From: Hemiscyllium ocellatum
Taxonomy: Eukaryota
Length of the DNA stretch: 64,000 nt
Assembly (NCBI RefSeq): GCF_020745735.1
Contig: NC_083424.1
Span: forward strand, 37,248,999 to 37,312,998
Direction of reading: 5' to 3'
Part shown: piece after piece, positions 1-11,492 of the stretch
Position numbering within the stretch: the first letter of the stretch is position 1
Layout of the letters: every line of letters begins with the position of its first letter
The notes under the pieces: model-generated
What the model was told of the DNA's origin: nothing
The model's input: only the letters and a program-made list of their open reading frames with translations
The model's database searches: none
Program-made: the position numbers and the translations under genes

Positions 1-500
1 GAGGGGCAGGCAGTTGGCCCTAACGACCCCCTCCATGGCCTGCTGCCTGGATCTGTTTATGGCCAGTTTGGCCAGGCCCAGGAGCAGACCCACGAGGAGT
101 TCTTCAGACCTGCCCTCCCTCCTCCGCACTGGGTGCCCGAAGATCAGGAGCGTGGGACTGAAGTGCAACCAAAAGCAGAGGAGAAGGTTTTTCAGAAAAT
201 CAAAAAGGGAGTGCAAACGCCCACACCCAACATACACATGGTCCACGGACTCCACAGCACCACAGAATAAGCAATTGGGCTGGGAGTCCACGAACCAACC
301 GCAATCTGCGGTTGCAGGGGACTGCTGCGTGCAGCATCCTCCACCCCAGATCCCCGAGAGAAAGGGGGAGGACTCCCGCGTAGAGAGCCCTCCACTGGGG
401 ATCCCCACCGCCCGGTGGCAAATGGGCACGCCAAGGCATGTCCGGACGGTGGATGAAGGAGAAGAGGTGGATGGTGTGCAGCAGCAGTCTTTACGTCCTT
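1..500 (-). mobile_element. Tx1-clade LINE ORF2 C-terminal fragment (zinc-knuckle region), frameshifted, runs off the window edge
   Basis: Minus-strand translation PQWRALYAGVLPLSLGDLGWRMLHAAVPCNRRL, then after a frameshift CLFCGAVESVDHVYVGC...LLLGLAKLAINRSR. This is the CxxC..H..C zf-RVT pattern of Tx1/L1-group ORF2. Confidence 0.8.
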
Positions 501-1502
501 AAAAGGGACAAAATTAAAATTCCAGAGGCGGCTCAGATTGTGGGGCACAGGCTAGCATTTTAGTTTTATTCAGCAGAGAACCTATTAGTGAAATTCTCAA
601 CTGGCCATTGAGGAAAAGGACTACATTCAGACTATTCCATTTCAGAGGTGAATTTGAGCACAGGATTAAAGTGCATGAGAAAATTCTTAGATGCAGCTGA
701 ATTTTCAAATATGACAAATCTCTCAGAACTATGCAAAGGATGACGTTGGAGGTCATTCCCTTGAAGACAAATTTCTTGTGTAAAACAAAAATGTTGACAG
801 GATTCTGGTGAAACACAATCTATTTAGAATGCAGTGTTTTTAAGCTGAACTCAACCACACAGGTTGCTGAGTTGCTAAGTTCAGTGAGTACGGATCAAGC
901 AGCGATAGCATATCAGGATCATGCCAATGACAGTGCAAATGTCAATGGGTTCCTCAAGTTGTATATTAATGAACAGGATTATGATGTCAGGAAAGAACGT
1001 GGACGTGACAGTGACATACAATTCTTGCATCGAGAAGCTTTGTCAGCCTGTCTCTTGTTTCTGCAGTTCACATTCTGCCCTACCAGTGACAATAAATTAG
1101 TGTTAGCCCTGTTTTTCCTTAATCTATTTAATTCAATCTATTGATATGGATACAATCTGTTCACATATTGAACCTGAATTCAATTTGGCCAAAGTTATGT
1201 ATTTCTAGAGGAAAAATACCCCATTCTCTGAGTCTATTGTGATAGATAAGGGTTTCAAACTAAATTGCTTGTTCCTTTCTGAATCATTTTCAGGACTTTC
1301 CTATCACTCACCATTTGAAACTGGGACCATGCATTCTAGATGAGGCCTAACCAAGGTTTAAAATGAAGGCATTTTGGACAGAACAGTAACTGAGGGAACC
1401 ACTTCTTCCTGTTCCCACCATCTGTATCCATCCTGTTAAGTGTCGAATGGCCAATTGGTGGCCTCCTGGCAGGAAGAAGGCCAATTCCGGCAGGATGTTA
1501 CT

Positions 1503-2176
1503 CATGCCCCTACACATTAACTGCACAGAGGTGGAACGAGTGAAGAATGTTGAGCTCCTGGAAGTGGCCATCCACAACAAGCTTTCTTGGACTCTTCATG
1601 TGGACGCACTGGTTACAAAGGCGCAACAATGTCTCTTCTTCCTCAGGCAGCTGAGGAAGTTTGGCATGACAGTGAATACCCTTGCCAACTTTTAAAGGTG
1701 CGCCATCGAGAGCATTCTGTCTGGATGTATCACTACCTGGTATGGCAACTGTACCATTCAAGATTGGAGACGGTTACAGAGAGTGGTAAACTCGGCCCGG
1801 ACAATCACAAAGGCCAACCTCCCGTCTATAGAATCCATCTACTAGGCCCGCTGTCAAGGAAAGGCTGCCAGCATTCTCAAAGATCCATCCCACCCTGGCA
1901 ATGTCTTTTTACACCCTCCACCATTGGGGAGAAGGCACAGAAACCTGAACACACGCACCAGCTGGTTTTAAAACAGTTTCTACCCTACTGAATACTGAAC
2001 GGACAAACAAACATTCGCCTGTACCTGTGTTTTTGTTTTTGCTGCTGTTTACCTGTTATTTACTTATCTATGCTACTGAACTCTGTGATCTGCCTGTATT
2101 GCTCGTAAGACAAAGCTTTTCACTGTGCCTTGGTACACGTGACAATAAATGCAATTCAATTTAGCTCAATTCAATT
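1503..2176 (+). mobile_element. Rex1/Babar-type LINE, 5'-truncated (RT C-terminus, 3' UTR and tail)
   Basis: Translation PLHINCTEVERVKNVELL..KLSWTLHVDALVTKAQQCLFFLRQLRKFGM..RCAIESILSGCITTWYGNC..LKDPSHPG..NSFYP. The 3' end reads TTTTCACTGT..TACACGTGACAATAAA followed by (CAATT)n. Confidence 0.85.
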
Positions 2177-2261
2177 ATAGTTGTACATGAATCTGCTTCC
2201 CAACCATAAACCCTGCAAACCTTGGTTTCTCCATGGCTATTTTTAGATAGTGCAAATAAGC

Positions 2262-2590
2262 TGGGGGAAGTGGTAGAGTAATGGTAATGTCACTAGCCTA
2301 CTAACCCAGAAGACCAGGCTACTGTTTTGGAAGATGTAGGTTCAAATCCTACTGTGGCTGCTGATAAAATTTTATTTCAATAAAAATCTGGAATAAAACC
2401 ATGTAACCACTGTCAAATTCCATCAAATAACAATCTGTTTGATTTATGTTCTTTGGGAAAAGGAAATCTGTCCTCCTTGTCTGGCCTATATGTGACTCCA
2501 GAACCCACAATAATGTAATTAGCTCTTAATTGCCCTCTCAATAAATGCTGACCCACCAATAACGCTCACATTCCATAAACATGTAAAAAG
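2262..2590 (+). mobile_element. Degraded tRNA-derived SINE ('family B', with a LINE-derived tail)
   Basis: B-box-like GGTTCAAATCC at about 2339. Tail AATAAATGCTGACCC..CACATTCCATAAA resembles the LINE 3' end at 18213-18280. Confidence 0.65.
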
Positions 2591-2849
2591 GAAGTCAAGT
2601 CTTTTGAATTTGAGTTACCATTAAACATAATTGTGTTGATTTTTTTTGTTGCAGCTACATTCACAATGGAATATGAATCATACTTTAATGTGCTTTACAT
2701 TATTTGTGGGCTGTGAGAATCCTGTTGGTTAGGATTGTATAAGGGAGAGGAGTGATACCACAGTTACCATTAGAATTATAAAGGCCCATTCCTCTCAGAA
2801 TTAGTCTTTGTCAATCATTGAAGGTAAAGATCAAAAGTGATTTTTAAAA

Positions 2850-3092
2850 ATCACAGGATCCCCAAAGTGCAGAATAGAGGACTATCCCAACCAGAAGCAC
2901 TTTATCTCTGTATTTCCATGGCTAATCCACTTCACCTGCATACCTTTGCAATGAGAAGGGGAAGATCAGAATGCCTGAAGGAAACCCACACAGACATGAG
3001 AAGAATGCGCAAACAACACAGTTACCCAAAGCTGGAATTGGACCTTGGTCCCTAATACTGTGAGACAGCAGTATTAACTATTAAGCCACCAC
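2850..3092 (-). mobile_element. Old HE1-type V-SINE, degraded
   Basis: Colinear with the younger HE1 copies in the window (GGAAACCCACACAGAC..GCTGGAATTG..CTGTGAGACAGCAGT..AGCCACC). Confidence 0.7.
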
Positions 3093-3164
3093 GTACTGCT
3101 ACCTTCCCCAGTAGAACCAGCTGTTATGTTCAACGATGGTCCCAGTGACAGATCGGTTTTTTAA

Positions 3165-3453
3165 AGATTAGATTACTTACAGTGTGGCCCAACAAGTCCA
3201 CACCGACCCTCCGAAGAGCAACCCACCCAGAGCCATTCCCTTACCTAACACTATGGGCAATTTAGCATGGCCAATTCACCTAACCTGCACAGTTTTGGAC
3301 TGTGGGAGGAAACCGGAGCACTCGGAGGAAACCCACGCAGACACAGGGAGAATGTGCAAACTGCACACAGACAGTTGCCTGAGGTGGGATTTGAACCCAG
3401 GTCTCTGGCACTGTGAGGCAGCGGTGCTAATGGCTGTGCCGCTGTGCCACCCA
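3165..3453 (-). mobile_element. HE1 SINE (tRNA head, V-domain, HER1-like tail)
   Basis: Minus strand reads GGTGGCACAGCGGCACAGCCATTAGCACCGCTGCCTCACAG..GGTTCAAATCCC, then V-domain GTGTCTGCGTGGGTTTCCTCCGAGTGCTCCGGTTTCCTCCCACAGTCCAAAA, then a (TCTAA)n tail. Confidence 0.9.
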
Positions 3454-3659
3454 CAGGCCTGTAAAAGACTCCCAACTTATTTTTATGTTTGGCACCCAAA
3501 AAGTACAGTGGGTAATGAAAGATTGCCAACAAATTTGTTGTTTGCAATCCAAATAGTTTGTTAGTTAATGATTTCAGATGGAGGATAGGCTGCCAATGGA
3601 ACACCTATGCACCTTCCATATTATCAAGACTGAAGGGAATACAAGTTTGGTCTATGAAA

Positions 3660-4120
3660 CTTGTCATCAGAAGTTAACACCTTCACCCGGGGATCATTCT
3701 GGTGAATTTGCATTCCACCTTGAACAAGACCATTATGTCCTCCCTGAGGTGTAGATAGTGTCCAGAACTGAATTCAGTATTCCCAACAGGGTCGAGTGAG
3801 AGTTTTGTATCGTCGTATTGAAACCTTCCATCACCAACAAACTTGTATTCCAGCCCTCTGGAGATAAAAGCTAACTTCCCCTTAGCAATCTAAATTCAGT
3901 CAGCTTTCAGCATTCAGCTACAATCCTCTCTGCTCATCCATAGTTCTTAACTTTTCACAATTTGGGAAATATTTTGATTGATAGGATGTGACCTCACATT
4001 TCCCTATATCAAACACAATTTGGCCAAATGAGCCAATCCACCCTTCCCTCTTTGGAATTTCCTTTACCCATCTGTAATATTTACTGTGCCAAGTAGTGTA
4101 GTCAGCAATCTTAGATTTTC
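3660..4120 (-). mobile_element. Old CR1 LINE RT fragment
   Basis: Degenerate match to the CR1 copies in the window (CCAGAACTG..CAGTATTCC, i.e. LEYCVQFW on the minus strand). Confidence 0.55.
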
Positions 4121-6374
4121 AATTCTTGAATATTCCTGAAGAGAATTGTTGCTGAAGCTTTACATCCTGTACTTATAGGAGAAGTAGAAAATGCCAAAGT
4201 TCAGACATCGTGAAAAAATTATCCTTTTAGAAATTATGTTGGTCATAAGTTGTCAAGTTAAATCCTGATTAATGAGGCATTGGCATAGACAAAGTAACAG
4301 AAGCGATTGGCTTCCCAAACTTTCAGGCAATTTAGAAAGCACACAGATTTGAACTTATCTTTTTTGCTAATAGAGAATAGGTCCATGTAAATGAACATGT
4401 GTCACCTCTAGCAGCTGCAAATGGTCCACATTATTATGAGCTTGACTGATTATGAGGAGTGTGTTGTTACTGCAGCTACTAGCAAGTTCAGTAAGTGGTG
4501 TAAATTCAGGAATTACATGCAGCAGAAAACATTTATTTTAGAATTTTGTGGAGTTGTAGAGACTTTTTTGTTCTTCTCTATTTTTGAGTTGGACTGAAAT
4601 AGGAATAGAACAGACTTAAAACCATGGATTTTTTTTAGAGAAATGCTGCATTTTATGTAAGTATATAACCTAACATTCATTCTCAGTTCTGTTTACACGG
4701 CTGCTTATTCAAACAACAGTGGAAGTCAAGTTCAGTGACGAGTTGGAGCCAAGGGGTGTGGAATGTTGAAGCTTTCACTGGCAACTAGTGGCTGATAGGT
4801 CTGTGGATCAGTGACTAGTTATCAATATAGACTCCTGTCTATGAACAACTATATGGTTAGCTTCCAGGTAGCTGAACAACTTAGGGGTGTGAATGGTTTG
4901 GCAAAAACCATGCAACGCTGCAGTAAAAAGTATCTTAAGCCTGAAGATAGCTTGTTAATTTTCCCTTTCTAGTTATTGTAAGCTGTGACTTTTAATTGAT
5001 AAGTTAGAGATTTTTATATTTTGGAAACAGTCACTCTGCACCTCCTGCAAACTGACAAAGGAAGATAATTGAATCATACAGTACAGAAGAGGCCACTCAA
5101 CTTACCGAGTCTGCACCAACAAAAATATTCTAAATCTACATTAGACCCACAATCCAGTGCTTGGCCCATAGTGTTGAATGTTGTGACATTTCAAGTGTTC
5201 ATTATGATCAGGACAAGCATGCACTGTGGATAAGGATTACTGGACTGCTTTCCCAATCTTTGGCTGTTTGTGCCCGTCTATATGTGTTCATAGGGCAGGA
5301 ACTTATGAGAAGGTAGAGTTTTAACTGGTATAGTTATAGATGATGGATCACAATTGTTTATCTGTAGCTACAGTCGGTTTATTTGTAATCAGTAGTCAGT
5401 CATTCTTGTTAAACACAGAAACTTAGTCCATGTTTTCTGTCAACCTGTGTCTAAAAGGCAGGGAAATTGGGAAATTCTGCATACCTTTTAGGATCATTGA
5501 CTTTTGTGACAACTCCAGGAATAGAAGGGCTGATTTTCAGTGTGCTAGCTCACTGAGAAATACCAAAGGAGGGGTTGATTGAGGATCGTCTGTACTTTGC
5601 ATATTACAGGCATCTGAAGGAACTTGCTGTCTGACTTGATCAGCCAGTTGTTGGAATGGATAGCCTACATCCCAGGCTCATGACAGCACAGCATTACACT
5701 AACTCACAAATGGACCAAAGGCCATCACTTTGGACCTTAAAAGTGCCACGAAAATGCAAGGTATCTCATAAATCTGGATAATGGTTAAATAAACTGTTTC
5801 ACGTTGGTACTATGCAGTCTCTATGTGAGTGCCAGCTACTTTCAGAACTTTTCTGACTGTCTTTAAGGTGTGGAACCTCTAACTAACTTTTTTAATGAAG
5901 GGCATGAATTTCTTAGCTGCAGATTCCAATATATGATGCACATTCTTCTGGCTAATGCACAGTTGTTTCAGGCAAACCAGCCTTAGTCAAAAGGTATTTA
6001 TCACCCTCATCAGAGTTCAGAAAGAAACACATATTTAGAAAAAATACATTTTCAGCAAATCAGTCATCTAGTTCATGGGTCTAAGGTGAAGCTTTCAGCA
6101 TTGGAAGGGGCAAGAAAGCTAACAGAGAGCCTGCATGCTAATGACCTTTTGTGGTTTGCTTGAGAGCGTGAGTGCTGCATCATTGCACTTGCAGCTTGTG
6201 AGGCATTTTAGTAACCACAATGCACATATGAATGGTTGCTACATTGGATAAAATGTGTGTGTGTGCATGCATGAGAGGGAGAGATAGAGACCAAACTTAC
6301 ATGCTTGTTATTTATTGTAAGAAAGCAAGTGCACAATGCAAGTTGTCATTTTCACCCTGCCTGAATTGAACAAT

Positions 6375-6805
6375 TTCTTTTTATTTGTTCGTGAGTGTGG
6401 GCATCACTGGCTATGCTAGTGGGCATCACTGAGTGAGTGTGGGCATCACTGGCTATGCTAGTGGGCATCACTGAGTGAGTGTGGGCATCACTGGCTATGC
6501 TAGCATTTATTGTCCACCCTTAATTGCCCAGAGGGCATTTAAGAGTCATCCACATTGCAGTGGATCTTGAGTCACATGGAGGCCACAGAAGGTCAGGATG
6601 GCAGATTTCCTTCCTTAAAAAGGACATGAACAAACAAGAGGAGACTTTGCAGCAATTGGTAGTCATTAGCCTGCTTTTATTCTAGAATTTATCAAATTTA
6701 AATTTCACCATCCTCCACAGTAGGATTTGAGTTCTTGTCCCCAGAAACACAGACTGTTATTGCTAGAACTGTAACATTACTACTATGCCACTGCAACTCC
6801 ATAAT
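6375..6805 (-). mobile_element. Family B tRNA-SINE with an internal tandem expansion
   Basis: Same head and tail as 2262-2590 and 25648-25993 (GCATTTATTG..TAATTGCCCAGAGGGCA..GAGTCACATG). Confidence 0.7.
6391..6502. repeat. 42-bp tandem repeat, about 2.7 identical copies
   Basis: Unit GTGAGTGTGGGCATCACTGGCTATGCTAGTGGGCATCACTGA starts at 6391 and 6433, with a partial copy at 6475. Confidence 0.95.
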
Positions 6806-7960
6806 ACCCAACGAGGAGCATTTTAAAGCAGGAAGTGCTCCTGGAACACCAATATTTTGACCAGTTCTGAACCATGCTAAATGATCTCTCAAATAGGGAT
6901 TGGTCATTGAAAGTTCAAGAGTCAGTCCATTTCCCAGTACATTGCTACATCAATACACCCTTTGCAAAATTGAAAATCAGCCCTAGGAACTATAGGGAAG
7001 AGAATAAATTATGATGCTTTGGAATTGTGATAAAAGGTAGGATATTTGTGGGAAAGGCAATGGTTAAATAAATACTTGCATTGTTGCAAAAGCTACAAAT
7101 CTTCTTTGGTTGATAGTGATACCCACTACTTCAAAGTATAAAATCTTGAACTATCGGTGAGGACTGAGTTGGAGAATACTGTTGAGGAGAATGAGCAAGT
7201 AAGACAATTACAATATTTAGCATTCTACAATAGAATGTTATGATTAGGTTTTGTCATTAAAGCTCTGCAGCTATCTATACTGTAAGTCAGTTTAACAATA
7301 CTGCTTCCAACTTAAACTTCAAAAACTGGGATAATCAAGGACAACTTCTTCCTATTAGGAATAGATACGGAAATCAGAAAATCCAAAGAAGAGTGAAGAG
7401 GATCACAAAAGTTGTAAACAAGAGAGATCAAAATGCTGTTTACAGAAACAAAAAAGTTTAGAGAAACTATTTTCACAATATTAGTGCTGGGAATATTACC
7501 CTGCAGAACATACATCAAAGGCATCATTGCTAAAACATATATGTAACAAATTAATAGTTGTACTGGTATAGTGCATTTTTCATGTTAAGTAATAACTGCG
7601 AAACAATTATCCTAATTTGATACTTCTATCAGGAATATGGCCGTTCTATAGAAAGTTCCTGAACAATTTCATTAATCATTCTGCTGACCTGGTAACTGAG
7701 AGGCCAAGTTCCATACTTTGTGCTTTAGTTTGAACTATGATTACCAAACTGGAGGATTTGTTCATTGCTTCTTAAATTTCCATGTGATGGATTAGCAATG
7801 TGAGAAGCTGAGAATTACACAGCACTGAAATATTCCTGCTGGAGAAAGTCCATTGAATTCTAATGCTATCCATATTCTGGTGATACTCCACATCACAGGA
7901 GAGTAATTTCATGATCTTCCATCCTGATTGTGTTTCCATGTGAAGTTCAAGAAAATCTTT

Positions 7961-8960
7961 TTTGATTTTATTTTATTATCACGTGGACTCAAGTCCAAAA
8001 GTACAGGAGTACGGTGAAAAGTGTTTAATGTCACCACACAAAGCACCATCTTAGTTACAAGTACCTAGGTACAGAATCATAAAAACAAGGTAGAAAGAAA
8101 GAACAAAGTTAAAAGCTAAACATAGTATAGCGTAAAACATACAAAATAGGGTTAAAGGTTACACATTGCAGACCTTCTTAGTTTTAAGTAGAGTAACGAA
8201 ATAAAGCTTAAAGTTCAAACATTACAGTCTTTCTTACGTACTTAGCCACAGTGGGTCCATATTTCGAGGAATCAACTTAAGACTGAAAGTCTACGCTGAG
8301 GCTGCGCTGGGCTGAGAGATCACCAGGTACTGCTGAAATATCACCATGCTGGGTTGAGAGACCGCCACACTGGGCAACTGAAAGATCACCATACCAGGCT
8401 GAGAGATTGCCACAGCAGGCTGAGAGATTGCCATGCCAGGCCACTGAGAGATCGTCACACTACGCCGAGAGATCGCTACTCTGGGCCACTGAGAGATGGC
8501 CACACCAGATCACTGAGAGATCACCATGCTGAGCCAAGGGAGTGCCATGCTGCTCCACTGAGAGATCACTATGCCAGGTTGAGGGAGTGCCAAGCCAGAC
8601 AACTGAGAGATAACCATGCTGGGCCACTAGGAGATTGCCATGTCGGGCCACTGAGAGATCACCATGCTGGACCACTGAGAGATCACCATGCCGGGCCACT
8701 GAGAGATCACCATGCTGGACCACTGAGAGATCACCATGGTGGGTCACTGAGACATTGCCATGCCAGGCCACTGAGGGACCACCATGACGGGCCACTAAGA
8801 GATCGTCATGCCGGGCCACTGAGAGATCGTCATGCCAGGCCATTGAGAGAGTGCCATGCCGGGCTACTGAGAGATAACCATGCCAGTCCACTGGGAGATC
8901 ACCGTGCCAGACTGAGAAGCCACCGTGTCAGTGTGGGAGGCTGCCACACCAGACCAAGAG
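7961..8960 (-). mobile_element. Non-autonomous retroelement: 24-bp VNTR, T-rich linker and Rex1-like 3' tail (copy A)
   Basis: Minus-strand end AAGATGGTGC..GTGGTGAC..CTTTTCACCGT..CACGTGATAATAAAATAAAATCAAA matches the Rex1 tail at 2117-2176 and the end of the element at 31897. Confidence 0.6.
8300..8955. repeat. 24-bp GC-rich minisatellite, consensus TCACCATGCCGGGCCACTGAGAGA
   Basis: The 8-codon periodicity (LRDHHAGP) is visible in the ORF track. More than 20 diverged units, some shortened to 21 bp. Confidence 0.95.
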
Positions 8961-9399
8961 GTTGTTCTTTCATCTTTGCTGCGACAGACTCTGTACCTCC
9001 TGACCTAACCTCCCTGTGGTTCAAAAAGACTGATCTTCTCCCTTTGCAGTATATCCGGAGGGGGGGGTGGACATTAAATGCTAGACTTTAGCATATTGCA
9101 CATTTTGCATTCTGGGTTTGATTCCATTGCTATGTTGTTTTTCCTTCTTATGGTAATCAGCCACATTGCTCTTTTCAAATGTAAACTCATACGAAATTCC
9201 AAGTGCAGGTGGAATAAGTTTGTGGATGTTTTGAAAATTTGTGAAAATTAGGCTAGAATTTGAGACAAATGTTTTCACATTTGAATACGATCTGAAACAT
9301 TTGATGATCTGCATAAAGTGCATCTTTGACAAAGCTAATTGATAGCTTTCATTAAATGATTCATTTACTCTGCTGCCAATTCAATTTTAACTTCAAGAT

Positions 9400-9915
9400 G
9401 GATCCGGTAGACGGGGACATAGATATAAGATTAAATGTTAAGATTAAGAACAGTGAACAGGATAAGCTATTTATACATTGGAGTCTGTGAAATGCAGTTG
9501 ATGTGACCATGCGGGTGATTTTCTAATTTAGCTGCTTAATTTATAACCTGAAGGAATGGGAAAATGGAGAAACTGCTCAATTTACATTCCACTCTGAATA
9601 TATAAGGGAGACAATGAGGTCTGCAGATGCTGGAGATCAGAGTCGAGAGTGTGTTGCTGGAAAAGCACAGCAGGTCAGGCGGCATCCGAGGAGCAAGAAA
9701 ATCGACAAATCCTGATGAAAGGCTAATGCTGAAACATCAATTCTCCAGCAACACACTCTTGACTAAGAATGCATAAAACATGTGGTTGAAACAAATGGAA
9801 ATAAAGGTATATGGAAGGGCTTGAGAGACTAAGATTACTATTCATGTGGAAGATAAGCATCAACATGTACTATTTGGGCCAAACAGCCTGCTTCCACATT
9901 GTAATTCCCATGTAA
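9400..9915 (+). mobile_element. Old CR1 3'-end fragment, interrupted by a Penelope mini-element
   Basis: ACGGGGACATAGATATAAG (TRGHRYK-like) and a terminal TTGGGCCAAACAGCCTGCTTCC motif. Confidence 0.5.
9606..9764. mobile_element. Penelope-terminus fold-back mini-element, internally deleted
   Basis: Inverted arms 9641-9661 and 9744-9764 (20/21 match). Degenerate hammerhead core CTGATGA..GAAA at 9712-9734. Sequence matches the termini of the GIY-YIG elements at 22563 and 42070. Confidence 0.8.
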
Positions 9916-11285
9916 TAAATATCAGCTTTAACAAATAAGGCACAATATCAAAATGCTGTAACAATCTAATATGACAAAGGAGAGAAAGAATGCTTTCCAA
10001 ATTTTTTTTGCCAAGCTCTACAGTCATATGATTTTTGACAGCAGTGAGTTCACTGCATATCAACTAAGCTGAAACAATTCCTTACCTCAATAGCCTTAAT
10101 GGCCTAATCTCAAATTTGTTTGTGGATGATTTATACAATTACAGTTGAGAATTTCTTTGCAACAATTGATTGACAATGTCAAAGTTACTTGATGAAAATC
10201 AAGACCTACAAATCGCAATTTGTTCCACTTTTTTAAATATTGTTGATATTTTTTCCAGTGTATGTTAAAAATAGATGGCAATGTCAAATCAAATCCTCTT
10301 GTCTTTTGGATTTTGGTTTGGCTACTTAACTGGGGGGACATGCTATATACTAATGCCAGAATTTGTATTTCATGAATGTTAATTGGATGAAAGTCAAAGC
10401 TTACTAAATTCAAAATCAGGAAGCACTTAGAGTATGTTTGAACTGCATTGTTGTGCAAATGTGATTTTCTGGAATTGTACGTAAAACTATCCAATTAACA
10501 TGCATGAATCAGGCCTTGAAGTATCCTTAAAAAACCTCTGAAATGTCATTCAATCATTCCTGTTTGGCAATATCATTCTTCCAACTTTCCTTTTTCAAGG
10601 AAACAAAATGGATAAAGACAGAGTCTATCTGGAAATGTTTAGATTTCATCTGCCATTTGAAGGATGTTCAGACAAAAGAACTTAGGAAGGACGTGGAACA
10701 CACGTTTCATGTAAAATTCCCTACTTGAACACTGTGGCTCAAAACAGCATTAATGTTGCCAACTGGCACAAGGCTAGATGGTTACGCTTCATAGTACAGT
10801 TCCCTAGGTATTGTTTTATTCCAAGTGTTTGTTTTGACTGTTGGGAAAGGGCTGATGAAGTGGACATTATAAAGTCCCAATTGCCTTGAACTTTAATCTA
10901 ATTCACTATATTTTATTTATGAGATGGTTTTGGCCTGTTGAACTTTTGTCCAGTGTATAATATTTCTCTTAACCTGAAGAGACTGAAGCTGGAAACCTAC
11001 ATACATTCAAATATATTATTTCTGATTAAAACAATTATTAATTGCCAGGGCTGCAAAACCTGAGGCAGCATGAAAGATAAAAAGTGCAGACATTAATTAG
11101 TGTGTAATATCAGCAATTGGAGACCATTGAAGCAACCTAAGTGTCATACCTCGGTCTGCTTTGGAAATCAACAGATTGCTCACACTCTTTTGCTGAAGAA
11201 AACATTTTGTGGATATACAACTTAATAGAAATGGAAGGTATATTTCCTGTGATTTAGAATGTTAGAATTACTAATTCCTAAAGTA

Positions 11286-11492
11286 TAGGTAGTTCTTCTA
11301 TAATGCAATAGTTGTGTCCCTGTGCAACTCCACATTATAGAAAAATTGTACTTTCAAAAAGTGTTTAATGTGTTAGTGATGTAATTGCACTACAGCCAAC
11401 ACGTGCTTTAAAAGTTCGCACTTTAGAAACAGTGCCCCCAATTTGTCAATCACGTTATAGCAAATTTGCATTCACAAAACATAGCACAACGA
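11286..11492. mobile_element. Tigger/pogo-type MITE remnant
   Basis: Starts TATAGGTAGTTCTTCTATAATGC, similar to the reverse complement of the Tigger end at 46930-46984. Has internal CTATAA..TTATAG sub-terminal repeats. Confidence 0.45.

Noticed and set aside
14-502. 162-aa plus-strand ORF
   Set aside because: It is the antisense shadow of the Tx1 ORF2 fragment.
872-1144. 90-aa ORF as a possible exon
   Set aside because: No recognisable domain or convincing splice context. It may be very old LINE debris.
3400-3453. tRNA-like sequence here and at the other SINE heads
   Set aside because: These are SINE heads fused to V-domains and LINE tails, not complete tRNA genes.
5200-5520. Possible solo LTR (a similar candidate lies at 41350-41520)
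   Set aside because: I could not define TG..CA ends with a TSD.
8354-9091. 245-aa His/Arg-rich ORF
   Set aside because: It results from a stop-free 24-bp minisatellite, has a non-ATG start and shows no gene context.
10081-10230. Minus-strand GTAAG donor suggesting an exon (similar donors near 52593 and 53462)
   Set aside because: Upstream frames contain stops or give no recognisable protein. Short or non-coding exons cannot be excluded.
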